64,000 nt of DNA from Macrostomum lignano (Eukaryota): NCBI GenBank assembly GCA_002269645.1, contig NIVC01002328.1:119380-183379 (forward strand), given 5' to 3'. This document shows positions 34,005 through 47,886 of the stretch, in pieces. The notes beneath the pieces are model-generated. The model saw only the letters and a program-made list of their open reading frames with translations, had not been told where the DNA came from and made no database searches. How positions within the stretch are numbered: the first letter of the stretch is position 1; each line of letters opens with the position of its first letter. The position numbers were made by a program, and so were the translations under genes.

Positions 34005-36230
34005 TTAAAGAGCCACCATGTCGAAACATTAAAGAGCCACCATTTCAAACATTAAAGAGCCACAATGTCAAACATTAAAGAGCCACCATGTCGAACATAA
34101 AAGAGCCACCATATCAAACATACAAGAGTTACCATTTCAAACCTAAAAGAGCCACCATGTCGAACATTAAAAAGCCACCATGTCAAACATTAAAGAGCCA
34201 CAATGGCAAACATTAAAGAGACACCATTTCAAACCTAAAAGAGTTACCATGTCAAACATTAAAGAGCCGCCAGGTCAAACATAAAACAGACACCATTAAG
34301 AACATTAAAGAGCCACCATGTCGAACATTAAAGAGCCACCATGTCAAACATAAAACAGCCACCATTTCGAAAATTAAAGAGCCACCATTTTAAACATTAA
34401 AGAGCCACCTTGTCAAATATTAAAGAGCCACAATGTCAAACATTAAAGAGCCACCTTATCAAACATTAAAGAGCCACCATGTCAAACATTAAAGAGCCAC
34501 CATGTAAAACATTAAAGAGCCACCATGTCGAACATAAAAGAGGTACCATGTCAAACATTAAAGACCCACCAGGTCAAACATGAAAGTGCCACCATGTCAA
34601 ATATTAAAAAGCCACCATGTCAAACATTAAAGAGCCACCAGGTCAAACATGAAAGTGCCACCAGGTCAAACATATACATGACTCCATGTCAAACATTAAA
34701 GAGCCACCATGTCGAACATAAAAGGGCCACCATGTCAAATATTAAAGAGCCACCATGTCAAACATTAAAGAGCCACCAGGTCAAACATGAAAGTGCCACC
34801 ATGTAAAACATTAAAGAGCCACCATGTCAAACATTAAAGAGCCACCAGGTCAAACATATACATGACTCCATGTCAAACATTAAAGAGCCACCATGTCGAA
34901 CATAAAAGGGCCACCATGTCAAATATTAAAGAGCCACCATGTCAAACATTAAAGAGCCACCAGGTCAAACATGAAAGTGCCACCATGTAAAACATTAAAG
35001 AGCCACCATGTCGAACATTTAAGAAGCACCATGTCAAACATAAAATAGCCACCATGTGAAACATATAGGTGACTCCATGTAAAACATTAAAGAGCTACCA
35101 TACCAGACATATACATGACTCCATGTCAAACATATACGTGACTCCATGTTAGACATTTAAGAGCCAACGTGTTAAAAATACAAGAGCCACCAGGTCAAAC
35201 ATATATATGACTCCATGTCAAACATTAAAGAGCCACCATGTCGAACATAAAAGGGCCACCATGTCAAATATTAAAGAGCCACCATGTCAAACATTTAAGA
35301 GCCACCATGTCAAACATATACATGACTCTATGTCAAACGTTAAAGAGACACCATGTCAAACATTACAGAGCCACCATGTCAAACATTTAAGAGCCACCAG
35401 GTCAAACATGAAAGTGCCACCATGTAAAACATTAAAGAGCCACCATGTCAAACATATACATAACTCCATGTCAAACATTGAAGAGACCCCATGTCAAACA
35501 TTAAAGAGCCACCACGTCGAACATAAAAGAGCCACCATGTAAAACATATACGTAACTCCATGTCAAACATTGAAGCGACACCATGTCGAACATAAAAGAG
35601 CCACCATGTCGAACATTAAAGAGCCACCATGTCGAACATAAAAGAGCTACCATGTCAAACATTAAAGAGCCACCATGTTAAACATAAAAGAGCCATCATG
35701 TCAAACATATAAGTGACTTTATGTCGAACATTAAAGAGCCACCATGTCTAACATTAAAGAGCCACCATGTCCAACATTAAAGAGCCACCATGTCAAAAAT
35801 TAAAGAGCCACCATGTCTATCATTAAAGAGCCATCATGTCAAACATTAAAGAGCTACTTTGTCTAACATTAAAGAGCCACCATGTCAAACATTAAAGAGC
35901 TACTTTGTCTAACATTAAAGAGCCACCATGTCAAACATTAAAGAGCCACCATGTCAAACATTAAAGAGCCACCATGTCAAACATAAAAGAGCCACCTTTT
36001 TGAACATTAAAAAGCCACTTTGTAAAACATAGAAGAGCCCCCATGTCAAACATAGAAGAGCCCCCATGTCAAACATAGAAGAGCCCCCATGTCAAACATA
36101 GAAGAGCCCCCATGTCAAACATAGAAGAGCCACTATGTCAGACATTGAAAAGCCACCGTATCAAACATAAAAGAGTTACCATGTACGAGCGTAGAACATA
36201 AAAGAGCCACCCTGTTAAACATAAAAAGAT
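34005..36230. repeat. 23-bp satellite (aaacattaaagagccaccatgtc) inside Helitron 1
   Basis: Direct reading. Confidence 0.95.
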
Positions 36231-36317
36231 ACACAATTTCAAACGTAAAAGTAAGCGAATTTTAAAGGAGCCGCTATAATGCTAAGGAAATTGTCGCACT
36301 AGCTACTTATTGTCTGG

Positions 36318-36740
36318 TGGATGCTTGCTATTTGGGGATGCTATCTATCTTGGGGATGCTTGCTATCTGGGGATGCTTGCTATCTGGGGATGCTTGCTAT
36401 CTGGGGGATGCTTGCTATCTGGGGGATGCTTGCTATCTGGGGATGCTTGCTATCTGGGGGATGCTTGCTATCTGGGGGATGCTTGCTATCTGGGGGATGC
36501 TTGCTATCTGGGGGATGCTTGCTTTCTGGGGATGCTTGCTATCTGGGGATGCTTGCTATCTGGGGGATGCTTGCTATCTGGGGGATGCTTGCTATCTGAG
36601 GGATGCTTGCTATCTTGGGGATGCTTGCTATCTGGGGATGCTTGCAATCTGGGGGATGCTTGCTATCTGGGGGATGCTTGCCATCTTGGGGATGCTTGCT
36701 ATCTAGGGGATGCTTGCTATCTGGGGGATGCTTGCAGTCT
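36318..36740. repeat. 17-18-bp repeat (ggggatgcttgctatct) inside Helitron 1
   Basis: About 24 units; a shorter version lies at 41440-41605 in copy 2. Confidence 0.95.
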
Positions 36741-37350
36741 TGGGATGATTTCTTTTTGCAATGCACTTCATTTGAGCAGTTTGTCTGTTGTCTTTTTGAA
36801 GGATTTTTGGCTGTCTTTTTGTTACTTTAGAAAACAGAGATTCTATCCAGATGTCCCCCATCGGGGGGCGAAGATTGCTAGTCCTATATACTAAAAATGA
36901 GTTGTTTGTTTGTACGCAATCGATTAGAGAAAAAATGGCTGGACCGATTTTCTTCGAACTTGCACTGTTCGATCAGAAATTTTCCTGGGACGGTACATGC
37001 ATCTTGGCTAAGAAATTGCTCCATGTTAAAGCGATTAAATATTCGAAAAACCTGCTTTTTTGCAAAGGTCAAGCAGCTCTTTCGACCTAAAATTCATTGT
37101 AAGAATGCTAGAGAAAAAACTGACTGGCTGAATTCCGATTGTGATAAAGATTGCATCACAACAAGTTGAAAACAGTGCCGAAGAAATGCACACACGACTT
37201 GATTTAAATTGCGTAACCATATTGCTAACTTGAATTGAGACTGATTCTGGCTGACTGAGAAATTGATTATGTCATAACTTTTTACTCCAATTGACTTGCT
37301 GTAAGAATTGAATTATAAGGGCCACAATTCATGTGCTCCAATTGAAAAAA

Positions 37351-37429
37351 GATAGCCTAGATGCGAACAGACTGGACTGCTAATGTAGCGACCTGGGTTC
37401 GAATCTTGGTAGCGCAAAAAGATTTTTTT
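37351..37429 (+). other. tRNA-like (Pol III A/B box) segment within Helitron 2; paralog at 33891-33970
   Basis: tagcctagatgc (A-box-like), ggactgctaat (anticodon-arm-like), gggttcgaatc (B box), then a T-run. It does not fold as a full tRNA. Confidence 0.55.
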
Positions 37430-37459
37430 ATTAAAATACCTTAAAAACAAAAAACTGCT

Positions 37460-40400
37460 AAACATAAAAGAAGCGCAATGTCAAACATTAAAGAGCCACC
37501 ATGTCGAACATTAAAAAAGCCACCATGTCAAACATTAAAGAGCCACCATTTCAAACCTAAAAGAGCCACCATGTCGAACATTAAAAAGCTACCATGTCAA
37601 ACATTAAAGAGCCACAATGTCAAACATTAAAGAGCCACCATTTCAAACCTAAAAGAGCCACCATGTCGAACATTAAAGAGCCACCATGTTGAACATTAAA
37701 AAGCCACCATGTCAAACATTAAAGAGCCACAATGTCAAACATTAAAGAGCCACCATGTCGAACATTAAAGAGCCACCATGTCGAACATTAAAAAGCCACA
37801 ATGTCAAACATTAAAGAGCCACCATTTCAAACCTAAAAGAGCCACCATGTCGAACATTAAAAAGCCACCATGTCAAACATTAAAGAGCCACAATGTCGAA
37901 CATTAAAGAGCCACCATTTCAAACCTAAAAGAGCCACCATGTCGAACATTAAAGAGCCACCATGTTGAACATTAAAAAGCCACCATGTCAAACATTAAAG
38001 AGCCACCATTTCAAACCTAAAAGAGCCACCATGTCGAACATTAAAGAGCCACCATGTCGAACATTAAAAAGCCACCATGTCAAACATTAAAGAGCCACCA
38101 TTTCAAACCTAAAAGAGCCACCATGTCGAACATTAAAAAGCCACCATGTCAAACATTAAAGAGCCACAATGTTGAACATTAAAGAGCCACCATTTCAAAC
38201 CTAAAAGAGCCACCATATCAAACATAAAAGAACTACCATGTCAAACATTAAAGAGCCACCATGTCGAACATTAAAGAGCCACCATGTCAAACATAAAACA
38301 GCCAACATTTCGAAAATTAAAGAGCCACCATGTCAAACATTAAAGAGCCACCATGTCCAACATTAAAGAGCCACCATGTCAAACATAAAACAGCCACTAT
38401 GTCGAACATTAAAGAGCCACCATGTCAAACATAAAACAGAGCCACCATTTCGAAAATTAAAGAGCCACCATGTCAAACATTGAAGAGCCACCATGTTGAA
38501 CATTAAAGAGCCACCATCTCAAACATTAAAGAGCCACCTTGTCTAACATTAAAGAGCCACCATGTCGAACATTAAAGAGCCACCATGTCAAATATTAAAG
38601 AGCCACCATGTCAAACATTAAAGAGCCATCATTACGTTAAGCTGCCACCAGGTCAAACATTAAAGAGCCACCATGTCTAACATTATCGAGTCACCATGTC
38701 AAGTATATTCGTGACTCCATATCAAACATCAAAGGGCCATCATGCCAAACATTATAGAACCACCATGTAGAACATTAAAGAGCCACCATGTCAAATATTA
38801 AAGAGCCACCATGTCAAGCATAAAAGGACCACTATGTCGAACATTAAAGAGCCACCATGTCAAATATTAAAGAGCGACCATGTCTAACATTAAAGAGCCA
38901 CCATGTCGAACATTAAAGAGCCACCATGTCAAATATTAAAGAGCCACCATGTCAAACATAAAAGAGCCATCATTACGTTAAGCTGCCACCAGGTCAAACA
39001 TTAAAGAGCCACCATGTCTAACATTATCGAGTCACCATGTCAAGTATATTCGTGACTCCATGTCAAACATAAAAGAGCCACCATGTCGAACATAAAAGAA
39101 CCACAATGTCGAACATAAAAGAGCCACCATGTCAAACATTAAAAAGCCACCATGTCAAATATTTAAGAGCCACCATGTCGAACATTAAAGAACCACCATG
39201 TCTAACATTAAAGAGCCACCATGTCGAACATTAAAGAGCCACCATGTCAAACATATACGTGACTCAATGTCAAACATTAAAGAGGCACCATGTCAAACAT
39301 AAAAGGACCACCATGTCGAACATTAAAGAGGCACCATGTCGAACATTAAAAAGCCACCATGTCTAACATTATAGAGCCACCATGTCGAACATTAAAGAGC
39401 AACCATGTCAAACATAAAACAGACACCATTTTGAACATTAAAGAACCACCATGTCGAACAATAAAGAGCCACCATGTCAAACATTAAAGAGCCACCATTT
39501 CGAACATTAAAGAGCCACCATGTCAAACATTTAAGAGCCACTATGTCAAACATAAAAGAGCCACCATGTCGAACATAAAAGAGCTACCATGTCAAACATT
39601 AAAGAGCCACCATGTCAAACATAAAAGGACCACCATGTCGAACATTAAAGAACCACCATGTCTAACATTAAAGAGCCACAATGTCGAACATTAAAGAGCC
39701 ACCATGTCAAACATATACGTGACTCAATGTCAAACATTAAAGAGGCACCATGTCAAACATAAAAGGACCACCATGTCGAACATTAAAGAGGCACCATGTC
39801 GAACATTAAAAAGCCACCATGTCTAACATTATAGAGCCACCATGTCGAACATTAAAGAGCAACCATGTCAAACATAAAAGAGCCACCATTTTGAACATTA
39901 AAGAGCCACCATGTCGAACAATAAAGAGCCAGCATGTCAAACATTAAAGAGCCACCATTTCGAACATTAAAGAGCCACCATGTCAAACAATAAAGAGCCA
40001 CCATGTCAAACATAGAAGCCCCACCATGTCGAACATAAAAGAGCCACTATGTTAAACATTCAAGAGCCACCATGTCAAACATATATGTGACTTTATGTCA
40101 AACATTAAAGAGCCACCATTTCGAACATTAAAGAGCCACCATGTCAAACATAAAAGAGCCACCATGTCGATCATAAAAGAGCCAGCATGTAAAACATTAA
40201 AGAGCCACATTGTCAAACATTAAAGAGCCATTATGTCAAACATTAAAGAGCCACCATGTCTAACATTAAAGAGCCACCATGTCGAACATAAAAAAGCCAC
40301 CATGTCAAATATTTAAGAGCCACCATGTCGAACAATAAACAGCCACCATGTCAAACATTAAAGAGCCACCATTTCGAACATTAAAGAGCCACCATGTCAA

Positions 40401-41350
40401 ACAATAAAGAGCCACCATGTCGAACATAAAAGAGCCACCATGTCGATCATAAAAGAGCCACCATGTAAAACATTAAAGAGCCACCATGTCGAACATTAAA
40501 GAGCCACCATGTCGAACATTAAAGAGCAACCATGTCAAACATAAAAGAGCCACCATTTTGAACATTAAAGAGCCACCATGTCGAACAATAAAGAGCCAGC
40601 ATGTCAAACATTAAAGAGCCACCATTTCGAACATTAAAGAGCCACCATGTCAAACAATAAAGAGCCACCATGTCAAACATAGAAGCGCCACCATGTCGAA
40701 CATAAAAGAGCCACTATGTTAAACATTCAAGAGCCACCATGTCAAACATATATGTGACTTTATGTCAAACATTAAAGAGCCACCATTTCGAACATTAAAG
40801 AGCCACCATGTCGAACATAAAAGAGCCACCATGTCGATCATAAAAGAGCCACCATGTAAAACATTAAAGAGCCACATTGTCAAACATTAAAGAGCCATTA
40901 TGTCAAACATTAAAGAGCCACCATGTCTTACATTAAAGAGCCACCATGTGAAAAATTAAAAAGCCACCATGTCAAATATTTAAGAGCCACCATGTCGAAC
41001 AATAAACAGCCACCATGTCAAACATTAAAGAGCCACCATTTCGAACATTAAAGAGCCACCATGTCAAACAATAAAGAGCCACCATGTCGAACATAAAAGA
41101 GCCACCATGTCGATCATAAAAGAGCCACCATGTAAAACATTAAAGAGCCACCATTTCGAACATTAAAGAGCCACTATTTCGAACATTAAAGAACCACCAT
41201 TTCGAACATTAAAGAGCCACCATGTCAAACATAAAAGAGCCATCATGTCAAACATTTAAGAGCCACCATGTCAGACATTGAAAAGCCACCGTATCAAACA
41301 TAAAAGAGTTACCATGTAGAACATAAAAAAGCCACCATGTCATCATAAAA
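37460..41350. repeat. 23-bp satellite inside Helitron 2
   Basis: Same unit as 34005-36230, with internal block duplications. Confidence 0.95.
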
Positions 41351-42384
41351 GATACACAGTTTCAAACGTAAAAGTAAGCGAATTTTAAAGGAGCCACTAT
41401 AATGCTAAGGAAATTGTCGCACTAGCAACTTATTGTTTGGTGGATGCTTGCTATTTGGGAATGCTATCTATCTGGGGGATGCTTGCTATCTGGAGGATGC
41501 TTGCTATCTAGGGGATGCTTGCTATCTGGGGGATGCTTGCTATTTTGGGGATGCTTGCTATCTGGGGGATGCTTGCTATCTGGGGGATGCTTGCTGTCTT
41601 GGGATGATTTCTTTTCGCATTGCACTTCATTTGAGTATTTTGTCTGTTTTCTTCGTGAAGGCTTTATTTGGCTATCTTTCTGTTACTTGTAGAGAACAGA
41701 GATTCTATACAGATGTCCCCCCAACGGGGGGCGAAGATTGCTAGTCCTATAGCTGTAGCTATAGCTATGGCAGAACACTAAATCAGATCCATTATTATAA
41801 TAAAACATTTGAAGTGATAGGCCTACCTTAAATTATGTTAGAAGTATAGACATAATGTACAATTTTTTGTATTTTTATAATGTACATTCAAAAAAGATAC
41901 TAGCTATCTTAAAGTGAGTTCTTTATATATAAGATTAAAACTATGTTTATATAGGCCCTTAAAGTTTTGTTTATAAGATCTAAAATCTATAAAATCTATA
42001 CTTGGGGCCTATAATACAAAACTTGTCATTACAATAGATTGTCTATTGCCAGATTGTCTATTGCTGGCATGGGCATAGTCAGGAATTTCTCACAAGGGGG
42101 GGCATGCAAAGATATGAGTAGCTATTGCTACCTGTACTTGCTGGTCTAATGGGCAGTTCACAAAAAATTAAGCACCATAAATCAATTTCTTATACCTACC
42201 AACCAGGCCCACAGGGGGATACATCCCTATATCCCTGCCTATGCCACTGGTTGCCAGATTGTCTTGTCACTAGATGGATATATATAACTTTGGCCAATCA
42301 GTTTTTATTGACATTAAAAGTGATGTTAAAATGTACATAATCGGACATGGCATGGGAATGGGAGAGTACAATGTTTTCTTGTGG

Positions 42385-43040
42385 GAAGTTTGCTTGCCAA
42401 GCTTTGCTTGCGGAATTTTGCTAGTTGAAGTTTGCTTGCCAAACTTCGCTTGCCAAACATTGGTTGCTGAACTTTGCATCCAAACTTTGCTTGTTGAACT
42501 TTGCTTGCAGGAATTTTTTTGCCAAGCTTTGCTTGTAGTTATAGAATTTTTCTTGCTAAACTTTGCTTGCAAGAACTTTGCCTGTTGAACTTTGCTTGCC
42601 AAACTTTGGGTATCCGAGTGTTGGGTATCTTTATGAGTCATAATATGTAGCAATTCACAGATTGGTAACACATTCATTTGCAAAAAATCTATCCTATATA
42701 ATTGGCTACCTAAATCATTTGATTTGTGTATTATTTGAAATTCTGTCCAATTTTTTGTTAAAAATATACTCTTAATAAAAAACTAAATTATTTCATTTCA
42801 GCATTAGGGCTTTTTAAATCTGCCATTTCCTTATATAAAATCATAAGATAACACTATAGGCAACTTCCATGAATCTTAGAAAATGAAAATTAGAAATACA
42901 CAAGAGCTCAAAAATAGCAAACCTTGGCAAACAAAATTTCTGCAAGCAAAGTTTGGCAAGCAAAGTTTGGCAAGCAAATTTCTGTAAGCAAAAGTCCTGC
43001 AAGCAAACTTTGGCAAGCAAACTTCTTGCAAGCAAATTTC
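42385..43040. repeat. Two oppositely oriented arrays of a ~21-bp unit (gaagtttgcttgccaaac at 42385-42605; gcaagcaaagtttg at 42915-43040)
   Basis: Direct reading; foldback-like arrangement. Confidence 0.75.
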
Positions 43041-43572
43041 ATAGACCTGGGAATGGGGTGGCTATATACTAGTAGTAGTAGTAGTAGTAGTAAGTTGGCT
43101 CAGGCAAGAAGCCTGTTTGGCCAGTATATTTCTGTGTATTTAAGATATTTTAGCATTAGTTGTTTAATTATGATTAAGTTCAAAAGGTTAAATTTTTTCA
43201 TGAGTTAGTAAGTAGTAGTAGTAAGTTGGCTCAGGCAAGAAGCGAGTTACGATATTTGTAAAATTATTAAGGTATTTGAAAGAGTGTTTTTTTGTAAAAA
43301 GATGTAGTATTACTAGATGACAATTTTTTTCAATGGGGTGGCTGACTAAGGGCTAAGGCAAGGAGTGAATGGGTGAGTGAGTCATCATTTAGAATGATGC
43401 ACATGTCTATGTCCATTTTAAAATTGGTTTTAACATTGGTAAAAACTGATCAGTGAAAGTTAGGGCCTATGTTCATCTGGATTGACTAGAAGTCCTAAAA
43501 AGCAAGGTAGGCCTACCAAAAAGTGTAGATCCCTTCTGTGGAACTCTAGTGTGCATTAAACTAAATTAGAGT

Positions 43573-45482
43573 GGCATTCTTTCGGATGATGATCATTCCG
43601 TTTCTTACAAGTTTCGGTTGACGATCACCTATGAAAATGGTATACTATGCTGTAGAAATCATGGAAAAATGGCAACTATATAATTAGTTTCGGAAGGCAA
43701 TCATTTCAATATAAGTTTTGAATAGAAAGGATCGCGATCCGAAACTACAGAAAAACAGAGAAACTTTCCAATTTAAAACCAGCAACATCAATAGCATTAT
43801 TTCTGTCATGGACGTGTATATAATCAGTTTCGGAATGCGATCATTTCAATGATACTTTTGAATTCAAATGATCGTGATCCAAAACTACAGCTTTTCTTTC
43901 TCATATTTCAGTAGCACTCACTATGGCATGCTCAAAACCTGCCAAAGAACAGAAAATTGAAGGTGCCGGCTCGTTTGTTGATTTGAAGCCACTGGAGCAT
44001 ATCGAAGAACTGGTGTGTCCCATGTCATGGCGCTTTATTACAACTGAAAACTGGATTGGCCTTCTTCAAAGAGAAGGACTGCTTCCGGAAACCATGCCCT
44101 GCCCTATTTGTGCATCGTCAATGAACATTGTCAAGGCCCATAATTCGACAGACGGCGTCGTGTTCCGGTGCAAGAAGGGAGCTGGTTCGCCATTTGGAGC
44201 ACATGAAAAAAGAGTCTCCATTAGAAGGGGAACTTTTTTCGAGAATTCTAAACTGAATCCAATGGACATCATTGGGTACTGCATTGGTTATCTTCTGAAC
44301 ACTCCGCAAAGGTAAGCCATGTACTTTCGGTTGACGATCATTACAATGTACAAATTACATTAAGAATGATTGCCTTCCGAAACTGAGGGGGGTGCATCCA
44401 TATTATAACCCACAGTTCACTGCGCGCCATGTACGGCATTGAAGCGGAGGCAGCCGTGCAACGGGGCCACTTCATTCAAGATGTAATGTGTGAATGGTTC
44501 AAGACACGTCGAGATACGATCTCTCTTGGTGGTGTTGGACACATCGTTGAAATAGATGAGTCCCTCTTTGGCCGAAAGATGAAATATAACCAAGGTGCGA
44601 AACTGGGCCAACAAATTTGGATTTTCAGCATGACAGACAGACACGATGGCCGTACTGTCATTTGGCCTATTGAAAACAGATCAAAAGAAACTCTTCTACC
44701 TTTAATTGAGAAGTTCATTCTCCCCGGAATGACTGTATTCAGCGACGGCTGGTCTGCTTACCTTGACTTGGAACACATGGGTTACAGTCACTGGGTTGTC
44801 TGCCACAAAGAGCACTTTAAGACGACTATTGAACGAAATGGCGAAAAGAAAGACGTACACACAAATCGCATTTTAAGGGCTTTTGGGGTACTGCAAAAGC
44901 CAAATTTAAGAACATGCGTGGAACTAACGCACTACACTTCGCTTCATACCTAGTCGAGCTAATGTACCGCTCCCACCGTAACAAAGAAATGAAACAGTTC
45001 GTCCATGAGTTCTTCCAGGACTTAAAGCACGTCTACCCCTTGGATGGTGCTCCACGGGTTTTGGATGAGTGCCTCTTTGGCCTCAACTTTGAACTTCTGT
45101 CTGTTGAATGAAATGATTACTGCTCCTAAGACAATAAAAACTCTATACTTTCGGAACGCGATCATTTCAGGGCTACCTTCATATTAAAATGATCGTCTTC
45201 CAAAACTGACTTACATTCACTAGATGTTAAACTTTGAGACACTAATTTTTTTCTAGAATTTCCAAGCTATAGTTTCGGAAGACGATCATTCCATCCAAAA
45301 TTGATTTAATACACGTGGCGGTTACTACGAAATACACGATTCATGACTGATAGCCCCAATGTTGGGTTTTTTAATTTCTGGACAATTTGTTTGACTCGCT
45401 TTCTTACTTTCAATTTCAATTACCCAGAACTTTTACATTGGTGATCGTCACTTTTCAGGTGATCGTCATCCGAAAGAATGCC
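43573..45482 (+). mobile_element. Merlin (IS1595/ISXO2-like) DNA transposon, 1910 bp
   Basis: TIR GGCATTCTTTCGGATGAyGATCA; 8-bp TSD attagagt at 43565-43572 and 45483-45490; contains a transposase gene. Confidence 0.93.
43923..45111 (+). pseudogene. Merlin transposase, join(43923..44311,44416..45111), frameshift at about 44871-44877
   Basis: Zn-ribbon CPIC...FRCKK; VEIDESLFG and VFSDGWSAY (D, D); HTNRI-[E lost]-GFWGTAKAKFK...SYLVELMYR; GT-AG intron 44312-44415 in phase. Confidence 0.88.
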
Positions 45483-46949
45483 ATTAGAGTTTTGTATGCA
45501 TATGTATCTGAAGATAAAGTTAATATAAAAAGCTAGGGCCTGCCCTATTTTTCTGACAAAGCAAAAAAGGCATGTATGTAACTTGTAAAAATAGTCAATA
45601 TCAATACCATTATTAGAATTAGGCCTAGGCCTATGGCTATGGCTATATAGGCTATACAAATAACAATGATAAACCATGTCATGATATTGATAGGGCCTAA
45701 TCTAAAATCATGCTAACCTGGTGAAAATGCGATTGCTTATTCGGCTATTCCTAGTTAAATCACTCTGTAGACTTAGAGATTTTGAATGAACTAGCAGGTC
45801 CAATAATTATTGTAAGTTTAACAGTGTGTACACAAAGAAATAATTTCAATTTTAAAATAGACAATCAGTTGTGACCATACATATAAAAAATATGAATAAA
45901 AGTAACACAAAAAATGTATATACATTTACAATTGGTTTTTCTTACACTCTTTACAGTATTTTTTTAAAGAAATTTTGCAGCTATAGATATACCATTTATT
46001 TTAACTCTTGAATCATGTAAAACGACTTAAAACGACGGTGTGCATCAACTTGTTAATCGAATTTATTTTCGCGTGCGCGTCCCGGCGCGAGCGAGCAGAG
46101 ATGCTTTTTTGCATTCGGCAGTCTTATTACTTAAGCAGTTGATCATGTTGATTCAATGACACTGGGCCTTTTCAATTTTCATATTGCTTGTTCTGGTTCC
46201 AGAACCAGAACCAATTTGTGAAGTATAACTTTTTGTCTCCAAAGGCCTAACTAGAGGGAGATACGTGCTATAAAGTTTTTATTATTGAATGACAATCGCC
46301 AAGAAGAAAGTGAAAAATTGTGCTAAGAGAGGTTGTTAACGGGCCAGGGCAAGGCAGTCAAACATTCAACAGAATTAAATATTTATACTGCTGTTTTTCT
46401 TGGAAGATCCGATCCGATTCTGATTCTGGAATTGGTAGGGGGCCTAATATGAAATATGAAAAGCCCTACTGAATAAGCAAACGAAAACCGATTTGTCTAG
46501 ACTGTAAGAATGCATGCGACCCATAGGCCATATAAAAATGGGTGCTGGTCATTTCGTCAACTGCTAGTTCGTCAACTGGGTTGACGAATTGACTAACATT
46601 TTAAGGTGGTCTCACTTGCAGTTGACGAAATGACCAAGGTTTTAGACTGGTTCATTAGTCAGTTGACGAAATGACCTGAGAATGTTAGTTACTTCGTCTA
46701 CAGTTTGCAAATGTCATAACATGTACGCTCGTACATCAACTAACGCATGTCATATCCGCTTATTACCTTTGTTATTATCGGGTATTATTCCAGAAACTCC
46801 CAGATTTTCCGGAACGTTCTCTATTAATTTGTATACATATGCAGCAAGCATGCCGCTACAAAGGCAAGATCGATCTTTCACGCTTTCCACCTTCTTCTTC
46901 GACTACTTCTGAATTCACCACAAAAAGAACCACCGATGAACCAACTGAC

Positions 46950-47160
46950 TTCTCTCAATCCATCTTCGCACCCACCCCCAAAATGACAACGTGCCCTATC
47001 TCTGTAACTTGAACCAGCGCCCCTTGCGTTGACACCTGTTCTCTCAATCCATCCTCGCACCCACCCCCCAAACTGACAACGTGCCCTGTCTCTGTAACTT
47101 GAACCAGCGCCCCTTGCGTTGACACCTGTTCTCTCAATCCATCCTCGCACCCACCCCCCC
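46950..47160. repeat. About 90-bp tandem duplication (2.3 units) inside the MULE
   Basis: ctctcaatcc recurs at 46952, 47041 and 47131. Confidence 0.9.
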
Positions 47161-47886
47161 CCCCCCAAGCTGTCAATGTGCGCCCTAGCTCGTGCGCCCT
47201 ATCTTGGTCTTGGTTTCAATCAAAACGTGGGTGGTGTCGGAGGGGAGGGGTAGGCAGGTAGGCAGTTCTTGTGAGGTGCGAATTGGCACCAGGTCTTATC
47301 CCCAACTATCATGTCTCAACAACCCCACCAGCCAAACCAATCCAAAATACTTTAAACCTGACACTGCAACCTCCTCAAACACTATATAATGGAGTAGGGT
47401 TTCAGGAGGTGCCGGGGCTGTTGCCCCCAGGACCCCGGGTCCTGCACGTAATGGCGTGGTGAACTATCTGTGCAGTATGAGACTGGTATGGCCTTTATCC
47501 CAGCCAGCGATGCTCACACCTGCCTCCCCTGGCGGGCTGATAGCTCAAGAGACTCTGTCTCCTGATTTTCACCTTGCAAGGCGCACTTCGAAGGGTACTC
47601 GTCCCGTGGGTGTTAAGGCAGGCCCCCTTGGGCCCTGCCGAGCTGATTCGTTGGCGCCGGGTCCTGGTGTGACCATAAACGCACCCTCTAATGTCCCAGT
47701 GTAACTCCGTGCTGATGGACGCTTGGCCAGGGAGTAGTCTGGTCGCTAACGGTTCCCCTTGCGCTTTTGGGTCCCCCCGCAGGGTGGTATTTTGCTTTTT
47801 GGGGGCCTGCCGCTTGGTTTGGGGTTGCGGCCTTGCGGCTCTTTGCCTGTGTTCTGCAGGAAGTCCCACCTTTTTACTTCCAGCCA

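Larger units (their letters stand above)
33415..36881 (+). mobile_element. Non-autonomous Helitron copy 1 (3.5 kb)
   Basis: 5' TC preceded by A (ctaa|tcctatatactaaaaatg); 3' hairpin gtcccccatcggggggc followed by CTAG; Lep1/DINE-like 5' motif gctcaaccgattttcttcaaactt. Confidence 0.85.
36882..41744 (+). mobile_element. Non-autonomous Helitron copy 2 (4.9 kb), head-to-tail with copy 1
   Basis: Starts with TC directly after the CTAG of copy 1; same architecture; ends gtccccccaacggggggcgaagattgCTAG followed by T. Confidence 0.85.

Noticed and set aside
47490-47620. HDV-like ribozyme in the non-LTR 5' leader (GCC-TCCCCT-GGC resembles P3/L3)
   Set aside because: I could not place P1.1 GG, J4/2 and P2 consistently by eye; a covariance or descriptor search would be needed.
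47767-47886. Upstream extension of ORF1 given by the ORF track
   Set aside because: It relies on a non-ATG start; the first ATG (47887) gives a typical ORF1 N-terminus.
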